DNA of 64,000 nucleotides from Veleropilina oligotropha (Eukaryota): NCBI GenBank assembly GCA_048128005.1, contig JBEUKZ010000029.1, positions 1 to 64,000 of the forward strand, read 5' to 3'. Shown piece by piece: positions 9,750 to 19,688 of this stretch (position 1 is its first letter; each line of letters starts with the position of its first letter). The notes under the pieces were generated by a model. It saw only the letters and a program-made list of their open reading frames with translations, ran no database searches and was not told where the DNA came from. The position numbers and the translations under genes were made by a program.

Positions 9750-11022
9750 TCTCGATATTCAGCTGTGCGTCCATGATCACGAACTCGTAGACGTTCAGTG
9801 GACCGGCCGCTTCGGCTGTTTTAGTGATCTGAATAGTAATGCCTTCGCTGGCGTTCTCGACCCTCCGGCCTGACCCGTGCAACTGATCGTCGTCAGTTAC
9901 CCGCATATCGTTCCAGAGCGCAAATTTCTTAGTCAGAAATTCGCCCAGGGTGACGTCTGCCATCTCCAAGTCCTTTGCGACCATCGCGACCTCAGGATGC
10001 CGCTTGCTGCTGCCGGAGGCGAACATTTTCTTGGCTTCTTCCCAGATCTGGTATGTTCGCATGCCCTGGCTGTAGATTTGATTCGGGACACCCTCGATTG
10101 TGACCTCGACCTTTGTGATCTTCGGATTATAGAAGGCCTCAGTATCGCGAGAGAATGGCGCGGCGTCTCTCGCAGGGTCCTCGAACAACAGTAGTATTCC
10201 TTTCATCGACCTCGCCGGTACGTTCACATTCATATTCCACAACGAGTCGCTCTTGTCTAGGGTGAGCTTCCGATGCCGGAGAACACGGTCGTACAGGATT
10301 ACGAGTTGACCCTGGTATTGATTTCGAATCCGTCTGGCAAGCTCGGATTGGGTTACCATGTCATATTCGAGGGATATATTGTCGATGGAATAGCTGGAAC
10401 CGGAGTCGTCCGTATCCCGGATAGTCCGGGAGTAGTCGTTGAACGTTAGCTCATACTCGAGACGGTCTCCAAGGGCGCTTTGATAGAATGGCATGTGACT
10501 TTCCAACAGCTCGAAATCCAGCGGGATGCAGAATCGGTTACCGTACGCGGCCGCGACCGCGACATCCTCAGACAGTCTGAAGGGGTCTGCCGTACCAACA
10601 CGATGCTTCGTAGTGTTGTGTCCATCGCTGGTATCAATCCCCTGGTACTGGGCGTTCTTGCGCTCCCCTGTGGTCTTCCAGAGATCGCAGTAGCAGTGGT
10701 ACACGTTGGAGTCGTCAATCGACATGATCTCGTTTCCACTTATCTTTATCGTGGTCTTTCTGATCACGGCACGGCCGATATTTTGCACTACAGTCCTATT
10801 CGCATTTACCGAGGTCAGAGAGATGGTAAATGCAAGGTGGGCAGTCCCTGGAACGATCACGTCATTCGCCCCGAGATTAGGGAACCGAACCAGGAGCTGC
10901 TGGTTGGCGGAAATCGTTGATGGATTGTTTGTAATCGTGACCGACTGGCGGATGCCCTTGACCGCGAGGGGCTCACGCAGTCTGCGGTATGGATTAAGCT
11001 TGCGTCCGTATACGCTGGTCAT
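9721..11022 (-). CDS. Probable double-jelly-roll major capsid protein (433 aa)
   Basis: Size, beta-rich pattern (IKISGNEI, FCIPLDF, LEYELTF, NPKITKVEVTIEGVP), adjacency to ATPase, strong conservation in element 2; fold inferred, not computed. Confidence 0.7.
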   Translation of the reverse strand: MTSVYGRKLNPYRRLREPLAVKGIRQSVTITNNPSTISANQQLLVRFPNLGANDVIVPGTAHLAFTISLTSVNANRTVVQNIGRAVIRKTTIKISGNEIMSIDDSNVYHCYCDLWKTTGERKNAQYQGIDTSDGHNTTKHRVGTADPFRLSEDVAVAAAYGNRFCIPLDFELLESHMPFYQSALGDRLEYELTFNDYSRTIRDTDDSGSSYSIDNISLEYDMVTQSELARRIRNQYQGQLVILYDRVLRHRKLTLDKSDSLWNMNVNVPARSMKGILLLFEDPARDAAPFSRDTEAFYNPKITKVEVTIEGVPNQIYSQGMRTYQIWEEAKKMFASGSSKRHPEVAMVAKDLEMADVTLGEFLTKKFALWNDMRVTDDDQLHGSGRRVENASEGITIQITKTAEAAGPLNVYEFVIMDAQLNIENGRFVEALY

Positions 11023-11058
11023 GGCGGAATTAGATGCGTATCCCACTGATGTATTCAA

Positions 11059-12376
11059 ATGGCGGAATTCGAGAACCCCGCATTCGAGCCTGACGATCTC
11101 ATCGACAACGATGATACCATCGTCGACGATATTGATGTGGATAGATCCACCGACCGGTTTATGCCTGTTCTTTCGGAACGGCCACAGGAAGGAACCAGCA
11201 GTCTGCGGCAAGAGCTCGTTCAGGGCGTGGTTGACGACTACTACAAAGCCCTGGCACAGGAGGGGCAGACCCCCGCAGCAGGGCGACATTATTCAAAATT
11301 CAAGTACGTGGCGGGAAAATTAGGGCGGGGGGGAAAATTGATGATGACGGACCACCCCGACATCAATCTCATCAATTCTCGCACCGGCAACCCCTTGTCG
11401 TTGTCAACAATAGCTGGCCGGCCTGGTGGGGGTGATGCCATCCGAGATCTGGGTTTTGTAAACTGGAAGCGGGGAGGGGGGGGACAAAAGCTGTCCTCAA
11501 AAGCGGTTGCAGCTCTTCAGGCAGCCGACACTGAGTTGAGCGGTGCTGCGGCGAACGTCGAAAACGTAGAACTGCGGGACTTGGGGCAGACTGCTACTGA
11601 TGCCTCGGTAGCAATCCACACGATGGAGACGGAATTCACTGATACCGAGGTTGAAGAGATCTTAGGCACAATGGGGGACCCTCCATTAAACCTCCGCGAG
11701 CTTCGCGGACTTGACAAGGCGATGCAGACCATTCGAGGCGAGCTCACTAACAATCTAGCCAAACTAACGGCGCTGGACGAACACATAGAGCTGGAGAAGA
11801 CCAAGCTCGATCGGGCCGATGAAGAGGGCGGTGTGGATGAGTTTATTCGTCGACGGATCGCGGAACGTCTGCGCAACTTAAACGATGAACGAGCAGCTCG
11901 CCTAGAGGCAGCCTCATCAAGCCGGGAGGCCCTACGCTCTCAAATCAGCCGGATCCGAAAGATGCTAAATCGGATACTCCACTCAGATACCACGCTGGCC
12001 GAGCGTATCCGGACCCTATTTCGCGAGCAGGGGGTTACGATCGCAACAATACTGACCGCTATCGGGCTCGCCATCTCGACTTTGGTACTAGCCCTGACAG
12101 GTGGAGCAACAAGCCCGCCAACGCCACCACCACCTCCCAGTGGTCAGGGGGGGGGTCAAGGAGTGGGTCAAAAAGCAGCTGCAGAACTTGGGAAGGATTC
12201 TAGGCAAACTAGCAGGGAAGGCCGCAGCCGCGCTCCCAGGAATACTTGGAAGCCTGGTCTCCTGGCTAATCAACCTGATTGGCAAGACAGCATCGTGGCT
12301 CGCTGAAAACCTATGGGCACTGGTCATATCAGTTGGGGGCTTGCTTCTTATTGCCGCTAGACAGTGGGTCATGTAA
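11059..12376 (+). CDS. Coiled-coil protein with C-terminal TM segments; frameshift in G-run near 12150
   Basis: Acidic N-terminus, long heptad region, hydrophobic segments; element 2 reads in frame through SGQGVKEWVK. Confidence 0.75.
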
Positions 12377-13661
12377 GCCAAATGAACGCTAGGCCAACGA
12401 CAATGCCGCCCACGATAAGTGCGGTTTTATCCTCGTCATGTTTGGTTACCCCAGCTGAAACAGCTGCCACTGGGGCCACAGCCGGCAGAGAGCTTGGATG
12501 CTTCGGAGTGACCGCATCTGCGGGTAAGACGGCGTCTTGTGGGATGACCAATCCTGTTTCTCCAGTCTCCCCAGTGGCGTTGGGTGGAACAGGATTGGCC
12601 GCGTTCACCGTAGTATTAAGACCGAGTGTCTGGTCTTCCGTGGCGACGACGATCTCATTGTTATAACCAGCCACCTGCCCGATCCGAAGGAGCATGTCAC
12701 TTGGCACCATGTAAAGGCCGACGCCGAATACGAAGTCTACTTTAGACCTGGCATACTGCAAAACGTCCTGGTACCGTTGGATCGCAGCAGGGAGGTCAAC
12801 GGGGGATGCGATGGCGTCTTCCACATTCGCCAGGAACTGTTTCTGTGCGTCAAATGCCGTCCCACTACCCAGAATACTTGCACGCGTTTGAGCCTGCGCT
12901 CCAAGAATAGCCCAGACGTAGGTCCTGATGGAATCATTGAGCCTTTCCACGCCGGCCCTCGTGAATCCCACCGACCTGTCCAGAATAAAAGTAGCCCAAC
13001 CGTTTTTAAGCGCAGGCGCTTGCGCGATGTAGTCCACGTGCAGATTCGTGTTGGTCGTACCTTTGGTGAAGGACATTCGGCTTGGATCATACTCGCGTCC
13101 GATGGGGTGGTAGCCGTTGTTCGTCCAGTAGCTGTAAGCGGTGCCTAGTCCGCCGTTGGGACCCTTGACACGCCAGTCGGTATGTGGGGACACTCCGAAT
13201 TCGCTGCAGATCTTTTCATATGCCCTTCGGTCATACGGGGTGTCGAATGCATCCCACGTCCGGTCTTGTGGCAGCGGCGCCTGAATCTCGGTCAAGATCC
13301 TTCTGACCTGATAGTAGACGTGGAAGGTGAATACAGCAGTGGAGAGGGCTGCAGTAGCATTCAAGTGGTCTTCTGAGGAGATCCCGGAACCTGTTGTGGC
13401 ACACCATACTGCGAAGTTGACCTTGTTCTGCCAGAACCGCATCGGTGTGCTGTGCCAAGCCCTTATCAGTCGGTCACTCGCGACATGTGGGAGGCGATAC
13501 TTTTGAAATACGTCGGGGTAGTCTGCCCCGAATGCAGTGGTTGAGCTATTACCCACATTGATGCTTGGTCTCGTAAGCTGCTCATCTTTGATCTTTGCTG
13601 GGTACACCACACCGGTCGGATAGGCCGCACTCCTATTGAACACAAATGCGCTCTTAGCCAT
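12369..13661 (-). CDS. ~430-aa conserved viral protein with C-terminal TM anchor
   Basis: Long ORF, highly similar to 29085-30362; ends ALIVGGIVVGLAFIWLT. Confidence 0.8.
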   Translation of the reverse strand: MAKSAFVFNRSAAYPTGVVYPAKIKDEQLTRPSINVGNSSTTAFGADYPDVFQKYRLPHVASDRLIRAWHSTPMRFWQNKVNFAVWCATTGSGISSEDHLNATAALSTAVFTFHVYYQVRRILTEIQAPLPQDRTWDAFDTPYDRRAYEKICSEFGVSPHTDWRVKGPNGGLGTAYSYWTNNGYHPIGREYDPSRMSFTKGTTNTNLHVDYIAQAPALKNGWATFILDRSVGFTRAGVERLNDSIRTYVWAILGAQAQTRASILGSGTAFDAQKQFLANVEDAIASPVDLPAAIQRYQDVLQYARSKVDFVFGVGLYMVPSDMLLRIGQVAGYNNEIVVATEDQTLGLNTTVNAANPVPPNATGETGETGLVIPQDAVLPADAVTPKHPSSLPAVAPVAAVSAGVTKHDEDKTALIVGGIVVGLAFIWLT

Positions 13662-13668
13662 AGCTACT

Positions 13669-14409
13669 ATGTTCCACACATTAACAAACGTTCAAGAGGG
13701 GACCGCGGTTGCCCTCCTGGAGCCGATTGATAACCGGGACGGCAAGCTATGTGTCAGCTTGCAGTCGCTCGACTATTGGGTAGGCTGGCACAACGTGCAT
13801 GCCGGAGCCTTCTTTAAGACCCCCGATACCACGGTCGACGTGGCACCAGGTTTCTACAGCTTCGATGACCTCGCCAAGACGATGAAGAGGTCGCTAGTTA
13901 ACCTACAACTAGATGTAAGCCATGCTACAGGGCTCGCCCGAATCGTGGTCCCAGAGGGGACTCGACTCGCGATAAGCGACGATATACGAAAACTCCTCGG
14001 CTTAGACCTCTCTTCGTTTATTCTCGATAAAGCAGGGAATCTGAACCCACCGGTTCGGGGAGTACAGGGCCAACCACCTCCCCCTCCGGAGAGATCCGAG
14101 TGGCTACGCCCTGGGACTTATGACGGGAATAAGCCTGTCGGGTTTGCCATAGCGCCAACCCTACACGTTCACCTGGAGCAGCTCAGTACAATGCACAATG
14201 TGAAGGATGGCGCCCCGAGCACTATTCTCGTGGTGGTCCCTATCACGTCGCAGATGTTCGGTGAAGCTAGCCACGATCATAGCTATCCCGCGGGCCGGCG
14301 ACTACAGGCCGGGCTAATCACAGAGTTGAAGGTGTACGTCACAGACGCAGACAGTAACCCGATCGACAATCACGGCATGCCCATTACCGCAGTCCTTGCG
14401 ATACAATGA
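13669..14409 (+). CDS. Probable minor capsid (penton-like) protein
   Basis: VAPGFYSFDDL, ILVVVPI and C-terminal ITELKVYVTDADSNPIDNHG resemble Polinton-type penton motifs. Confidence 0.65.
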   Translation: MFHTLTNVQEGTAVALLEPIDNRDGKLCVSLQSLDYWVGWHNVHAGAFFKTPDTTVDVAPGFYSFDDLAKTMKRSLVNLQLDVSHATGLARIVVPEGTRLAISDDIRKLLGLDLSSFILDKAGNLNPPVRGVQGQPPPPPERSEWLRPGTYDGNKPVGFAIAPTLHVHLEQLSTMHNVKDGAPSTILVVVPITSQMFGEASHDHSYPAGRRLQAGLITELKVYVTDADSNPIDNHGMPITAVLAIQ

Positions 14410-14768
14410 GCAGCATCTACGGGACCCTCCCCCTACCCCTGCTTGCAGATGAGCCCTCTTCCCCCCCGACCCGGTGGCACTTTGTCCTTAATTGTGGGGT
14501 AGCGCCCAATAAGGGGCTGGCGAGGAGGGAGTTCATGATCCCTAACACTGGAGGTCGATTTGGGTTGAACCTAGCCCTTCTAATGATCCACCTGACGCCG
14601 GTCCAGCCGGCTGGGGGCCCCAAAGCATGTTCCATCAGTAAGCTTGGCCTGAATTCGGACTGGTTGACCCTCGCCTTTGCCATCAAGGCCCCGTGGGTCG
14701 GCACTCTGTATTTGAACGTTACGGCAGACAAGGGGAATCAACCGGCGGAACAATACAGCCACGTATAG
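14406..14768 (+). CDS. 120-aa hypothetical viral protein
   Basis: Homolog at 28031-28381; ATGA overlap with the penton gene. Confidence 0.75.
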   Translation: MSSIYGTLPLPLLADEPSSPPTRWHFVLNCGVAPNKGLARREFMIPNTGGRFGLNLALLMIHLTPVQPAGGPKACSISKLGLNSDWLTLAFAIKAPWVGTLYLNVTADKGNQPAEQYSHV

Positions 14769-15401
14769 ATGGACAACACACCCTCAGCGCCAATGCTGTA
14801 CCCACAGCTTGGTGGCGATGGGATTTCGGAACTGCCTGAGGCACAGTCCTTCCGACTACAGAAAGTGAATGAGCTTCAGGGACAATTAGAACGAGAGAGG
14901 GACACACGGGCTGCATTATATAAAAAGTACCGACGAGGTGTTAACGTCGTTGACGGGATAGATAACGGGCTAGTCGTCGCGACCCTTGGTATGGGTAGCG
15001 CTGGAATTGGACTACTTTCCACAATCGTTGCGGCCCCAGTGGTCCTAGTGCTGGAATTAGCGGCATTGGGTTGTGGGCTCGCCAGCATGGGTGGAAAATA
15101 TATCAGCCGCCGCCTCCAGGTTAAGGCTAAGAAACACGACGAGATTCGAGTCCTGGCCGACAGCAAGCTGAATACCATAACCGACCACGTCTCAAAGGCC
15201 TTAGCGGACGGGGTGATGTCTGATGATGAATTCCAACTGGTCACAGGGGAGATGGAGAAATACCAAGCCATGAAGGCATCAATCCGGGATAAGAGTAGGA
15301 AGGCGCACACCGCGATTTCACAGACCCAAAGCGAGCTTATTGAGCATGGTCGTAAAGAGGGTCGCGCAGAGCTGCTGAAAAAAATCGGAGCTGGCGACTA
15401 A
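14769..15401 (+). CDS. 210-aa protein with two central hydrophobic helices
   Basis: Homolog at 27382-28030. Confidence 0.8.
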   Translation: MDNTPSAPMLYPQLGGDGISELPEAQSFRLQKVNELQGQLERERDTRAALYKKYRRGVNVVDGIDNGLVVATLGMGSAGIGLLSTIVAAPVVLVLELAALGCGLASMGGKYISRRLQVKAKKHDEIRVLADSKLNTITDHVSKALADGVMSDDEFQLVTGEMEKYQAMKASIRDKSRKAHTAISQTQSELIEHGRKEGRAELLKKIGAGD

Positions 15402-15501
15402 CTATCCAGGTTGAGCGTAGCCACGACTACCCCGCTCCTCCCCCGTATTAAAGCTAGAAATCGACAGTGATATCTGGACAACCATGAAATCCATGTAATC
15501 T

Positions 15502-15912
15502 ATGCTACTGTGCATTGTCGCGGTGTGCTGGCTAGGGGGTGTCTCTACCCAGGCGTCGAGACACGACACTGCATTAATTCTGGAACATACGTGGGCTATG
15601 TACCGAAATCATCCCAGGTATAACGCCCGATTTGACCCCTTGCGTAGAAACTTGCTTCTTCGCCCGGGACACCCCACCCCTGATGTCTCCCCACCCTCGT
15701 GCCACTATTTTATTATCGGAGAAAATGACTGTAGCCCTGCCACACCCCCAGATACTGTCACATGTGTCCAGTGTTCGACCCCCTCCTTATGTCCTGGCAA
15801 GAATGGGGAGTATTATACCATGCTGTCTGGCTGCTTCGGTGTGTGGAGAAAGATCGGGCACATCTCGCCCTGTAATTGCACTTTAATATCGGGCAACTAT
15901 ATATTCATATAA
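15502..15912 (+). CDS. Putative secreted Cys-rich protein
   Basis: Signal-peptide-like N-terminus; 8 conserved Cys in the mature part; homolog at 26885-27304. Confidence 0.75.
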   Translation: MLLCIVAVCWLGGVSTQASRHDTALILEHTWAMYRNHPRYNARFDPLRRNLLLRPGHPTPDVSPPSCHYFIIGENDCSPATPPDTVTCVQCSTPSLCPGKNGEYYTMLSGCFGVWRKIGHISPCNCTLISGNYIFI

Positions 15913-16245
15913 AACAGCTGCTTGGGAAATCTCTTGCCTTGCCTTACACTATTTTCAGGTCACAGCTGTTTATATAAATGCCCATTAGGCCGTCTACTGT
16001 CGTTTCATTCATGCCCGAGTTATGAATGACACCAGTCGTTAAAAGCGTGCGTCACTGGCGTTCAGCCGTCTACTGCTGTCGTTGACCCAGAAAAAAAAGA
16101 TTGACCCAGTGAAAAATATCTGACCCAGAAATAAATATTTTGTCCAGAAACGGGTCATCGCTCCAGTTAAAATGTTTTGGTCCAGATGTAAACAAGTGGA
16201 CAGTTTATTCTCTAAATGGAAATTCTACATGTAACAATGAGTCGG

Positions 16246-16357
16246 CCATGTGTCACATTGCCACGTGTACATTGCCACGTGTACATTGCCACGTGTACAT
16301 TGCCACCTGTCACATTGCCACGTGTCACAATGAGTCAGAAATAAAGGGTTATATAAG
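16246..16357 (+). promoter_or_regulatory. Tandem E-box (CACGTG) array + TGAGTCA + TATATAAG, putative Pol II promoter
   Basis: 14-bp unit CCACGTGTACATTG repeated ~5 times, AP-1-like site, TATA ~30 bp before ATG 16386. Confidence 0.6.
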
Positions 16358-16385
16358 GACAACATGAGAGCACACAACGACATTG

Positions 16386-16673
16386 ATGGATAAACTATCA
16401 ACAGCAATGTCTGGTTTGGGGATGTCACGAAAGCGTACTTTTGTTGAGTCATTTCTCGATAAACAAGCAACCGAGTCTCGTGGGGTATCGAAGAAATCCA
16501 CGAGACTCGAACTGGCTAGAGCCAAAAATCGCAGGGACACTGCGCACCAAAATATGGTAAAAACTGAAGAGAGGATAACGAAGATGATGGAGAGACTACG
16601 AGAACAAGAAGCTTCCTATGAGGCCTCCAAAGATGATATCCGTAGATTACAAGTTCTTCTGGAGGGGGATTAG
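16386..16673 (+). CDS. 95-aa basic/coiled-coil protein unique to element 1
   Basis: ORF downstream of a TATA box, heptad pattern; no counterpart seen in element 2. Confidence 0.55.
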   Translation: MDKLSTAMSGLGMSRKRTFVESFLDKQATESRGVSKKSTRLELARAKNRRDTAHQNMVKTEERITKMMERLREQEASYEASKDDIRRLQVLLEGD

Positions 16674-16935
16674 TGATATTCATTTTCGGCTGTTAATACG
16701 CACCTCTCAGGCCTATAGTGTCCAGCTGCGGGAGCATAACATACAACGCCGCCCGATACATTACAGACATCATCGGTCCGCTTGAGGGGAAGACAAAATA
16801 CAGCGTCTCAAAGACCTCGTCGTTCCACCCGGACAGAAGCTCGTCTCCTCCAGTCTCATGACGGTGAATTAGCTACTTTTTTTCCTGTTATACGGCGAAC
16901 TATCACGTCTAGGCATCCGACCGACAAGGTCGGAA

Positions 16936-16986
16936 GCCATTAATGCCTACCAGGTATTCTGATGAGGCCTTATAGGCCGAAATGGC
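16936..16986 (+). ncRNA. Type III hammerhead ribozyme
   Basis: Stem III GCCAU/AUGGC, H17=U (16941), stem I AAUGCCU-ACC-AGGUAUU, core CUGAUGA, stem II GGCCU-UAU-AGGCC, GAAA. Confidence 0.85.
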
Positions 16987-17015
16987 CATAGGTAAGTGTT
17001 TTAATTTAACCCCCT

Positions 17016-17258
17016 GGGCCGGCGAGGGTAGTGGGCCGTCCCTGGGGCTCTTACTACATGCTACTCGCTCTGTACACACGGTAACTTTTTGTAATACACG
17101 ATATACCCTGGGGTCTGAAAGGGTGCTGGGAGCCTCCACGGTCGCCCCGGGGCCCTAGTCTGAACTCCCTAGTTCCCCTCAGTAATACCAGCTCAGTTCT
17201 GAAATGGTGCTGGGAGCCTTATTTTCCCATTCTAAAAAGTGCATTCACCCCCCCTGCT
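17016..17258 (-). repeat. Right TIR of element 1
   Basis: Reverse complement of 1493-1735. Confidence 0.95.
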
Positions 17259-17835
17259 CCCGCACTTATACCCACACCCACACCCACACTTATACCCACA
17301 CCCAACCACCCATCCACACATACACACAAACCCACCCACACATACATACATACATACATACATACATACATACATACATACATACATACATACATACATA
17401 CATACATACATACATACATACATACATACATACATACATACATACATACATACATACATACATACATACATACATACATACATACATACATACATACATA
17501 CATACATACATACATACATACATACATACATACATACATACATACATACATACATACATACATACATACATACATACATACATACATACATACATACATA
17601 CATACATACATACATACATACATACATACATACATACATGCATGCATGCATGCATGCATGCATGCATGCATGCATGCACGCACGCACGCACGCACGCGCG
17701 CGCGCGCACGCACGCACGCACACACACGCACGCACGCACGCACACACACGCACACATGTATATACAGTGTATATAATATAGATCGATACAATTATATGTG
17801 TGCGCGAGCGTGCGTGCGTGTGTGTGTGTGTGTGT
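17259..17835. repeat. Compound microsatellite (TACA)n/(TGCA)n/(CGCA)n/(TG)n
   Basis: Directly visible. Confidence 0.97.
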
Positions 17836-19467
17836 TCGCTTGAGTGCGTTTGCATACTACACATGTTCTATGGCGATTTAGCGCGCAAGACGATATCATC
17901 TTGCTGCGTGAAGCGATTGCGTGCAGTCCCGTAAATTTTTGAAAATATAGCTATAAAGTCGACGGAGAGCACCGGCAAAACCACCAGCAAAAGGGCAGCC
18001 CGTGACCGCGTGTTCAGATTAATCGCTCTCTTCAAGTCCGAGGAAACTTCTAAAATGAAACAGTAATTATAAATAAAATACTATACTGCTGTACAGAGTA
18101 TGCAATACAAGTCAGTTAGCATACTACACAACTGGCGTGTGCCACATTGACTGTCATTGCATTAAATATATGATTGTTTGACAACATTGCGTTGCTGTTA
18201 AAACAAAGATATATGACTGAAACCGTACGTTACCAGTACTGAGTGAGTGGGTGATTATATGTCCCATTTAACAATGACTGAAACCGTACGTTACGAGTAC
18301 TGAGTGAGTGTGTGATTATATGTCCCATTTAACACCATTTTCGTGTCATACCGGTCCATATTATAGTGCAATGGAAGCCCGGAATAACCAGTAACAACCA
18401 CCCGCACCGTCCAGTTATGGAAAAAAATTATCTGGAAATGCAAATATTGAAACAAAATAGCAGACCGGCCAGGCAGCTTTGGCGCGATCTCGCTATCCAC
18501 TAGGACACCGGTGACCCTTAGATGAGTAAGTGGATGGTATGGTTTTTAACGAGCACTCCAATAAGTTTTCTAGTTATAAATGATATATTATGAATGAAGC
18601 TGTATTCAACCAATGTGGCGGCACACATTGGAAATATCTTCAGTGCACTCCTTATATCTCCTTATATGATACGCCGTTAAACCCGATATACAACCATATC
18701 ATATTCATTGAGTATATATTTTAACATGGTGACGTTGGCACAGCTCTGTAGAATATTTGAATATTTGATTCATAAGTTGTATATAATTATGTTATCAGGT
18801 CTGGAACGGAGGAGCAAATTGAGGAACGCAATATTCTTCTGCAAGATGCCACAGACCTTCACCGCGAAGGTTGTTTGGACGAACGAAACCGCCGCTAAAA
18901 ACACAATGCCTTGAGAAAAGACAAGAGGCAAATGGGAAAATGATTCGCCAGTCTGCAGTTGAAGGCATGCAACGAAAACACAGTAAGCTACAGTAAATGG
19001 ATTCGCGATGATCTAGAGACACAACTCGACAAAATAATCATATATTAACATATTTATTTATTTACTCTTTGTCTCGCATCGATTATCGAGAAATGACAAA
19101 ATGATGATCGGAGGAAGCAATGGGTAATACAAATTGACTTCACGGACCTGATTTATGCAATAAAACAAAATACATATAGAGGTTACTGACAGCAATTCGA
19201 TATCAGTATATAAAATGCATATGTATCACTAAGAAACAAAGTACACATTCGAATGAAAGCTAACGCCTATAAAAAGCAGTCATCAAGACCCATGATATTG
19301 CAATAACATTTGATTTACGACATATTTGATATATTACATGATACAATTATTCGTTGTAACACCCAATTTCATGTTTTCAACTATCCTATTACTTTTAATC
19401 ATTATTCAACACATAAATTACATAACTTTGGAAGACATTTGAATATTTACATTGCTATGTTTTACAG

Positions 19468-19688
19468 ACAATGATGACAATTCTGAATCAGAGGAAGAGC
19501 ATTTACCGAAGCGTAGGAAAAAATCATTTACTACAGCAGATTTCCTACGAAACCATACTGAAAATGAGAGTAAGCGATTACAATTAGAAGAGAGGAGGAT
19601 ATCGTTAGAGGAGCAGAAACAGGAGCAGGATGCAGTGGAGAGAAAAGGAATGGAGATGCTACAGAAATTGGAAGAGAAAATCAATTAA
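19468..19688 (+). pseudogene. Possible last exon of the Harbinger-associated DNA-binding gene (acidic/NLS/coiled-coil tail)
   Basis: TTTACAG acceptor then NDDNSESEEEHLPKRRKK...LEERRISLEE; convergent with the Harbinger transposase. Confidence 0.45.

Larger units (their letters stand above)
1394..17258 (+). mobile_element. Endogenous Polinton-like virus / Maverick-like element 1 (near intact)
   Basis: Starts AGCAGCAGGGGGGGTGA and ends TCACCCCCCCTGCT; CCCGC directly repeated on both flanks; 243-bp TIR; encodes pPolB-helicase, rve integrase, A32-like ATPase and capsid-like genes; GC-richer than host. Confidence 0.93.

Noticed and set aside
11023..11289. 89-aa N-terminal extension of the capsid ORF
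   Set aside because: It is antisense to the 11059 gene, and homology with element 2 begins at M(T/A)S.YGRKL.
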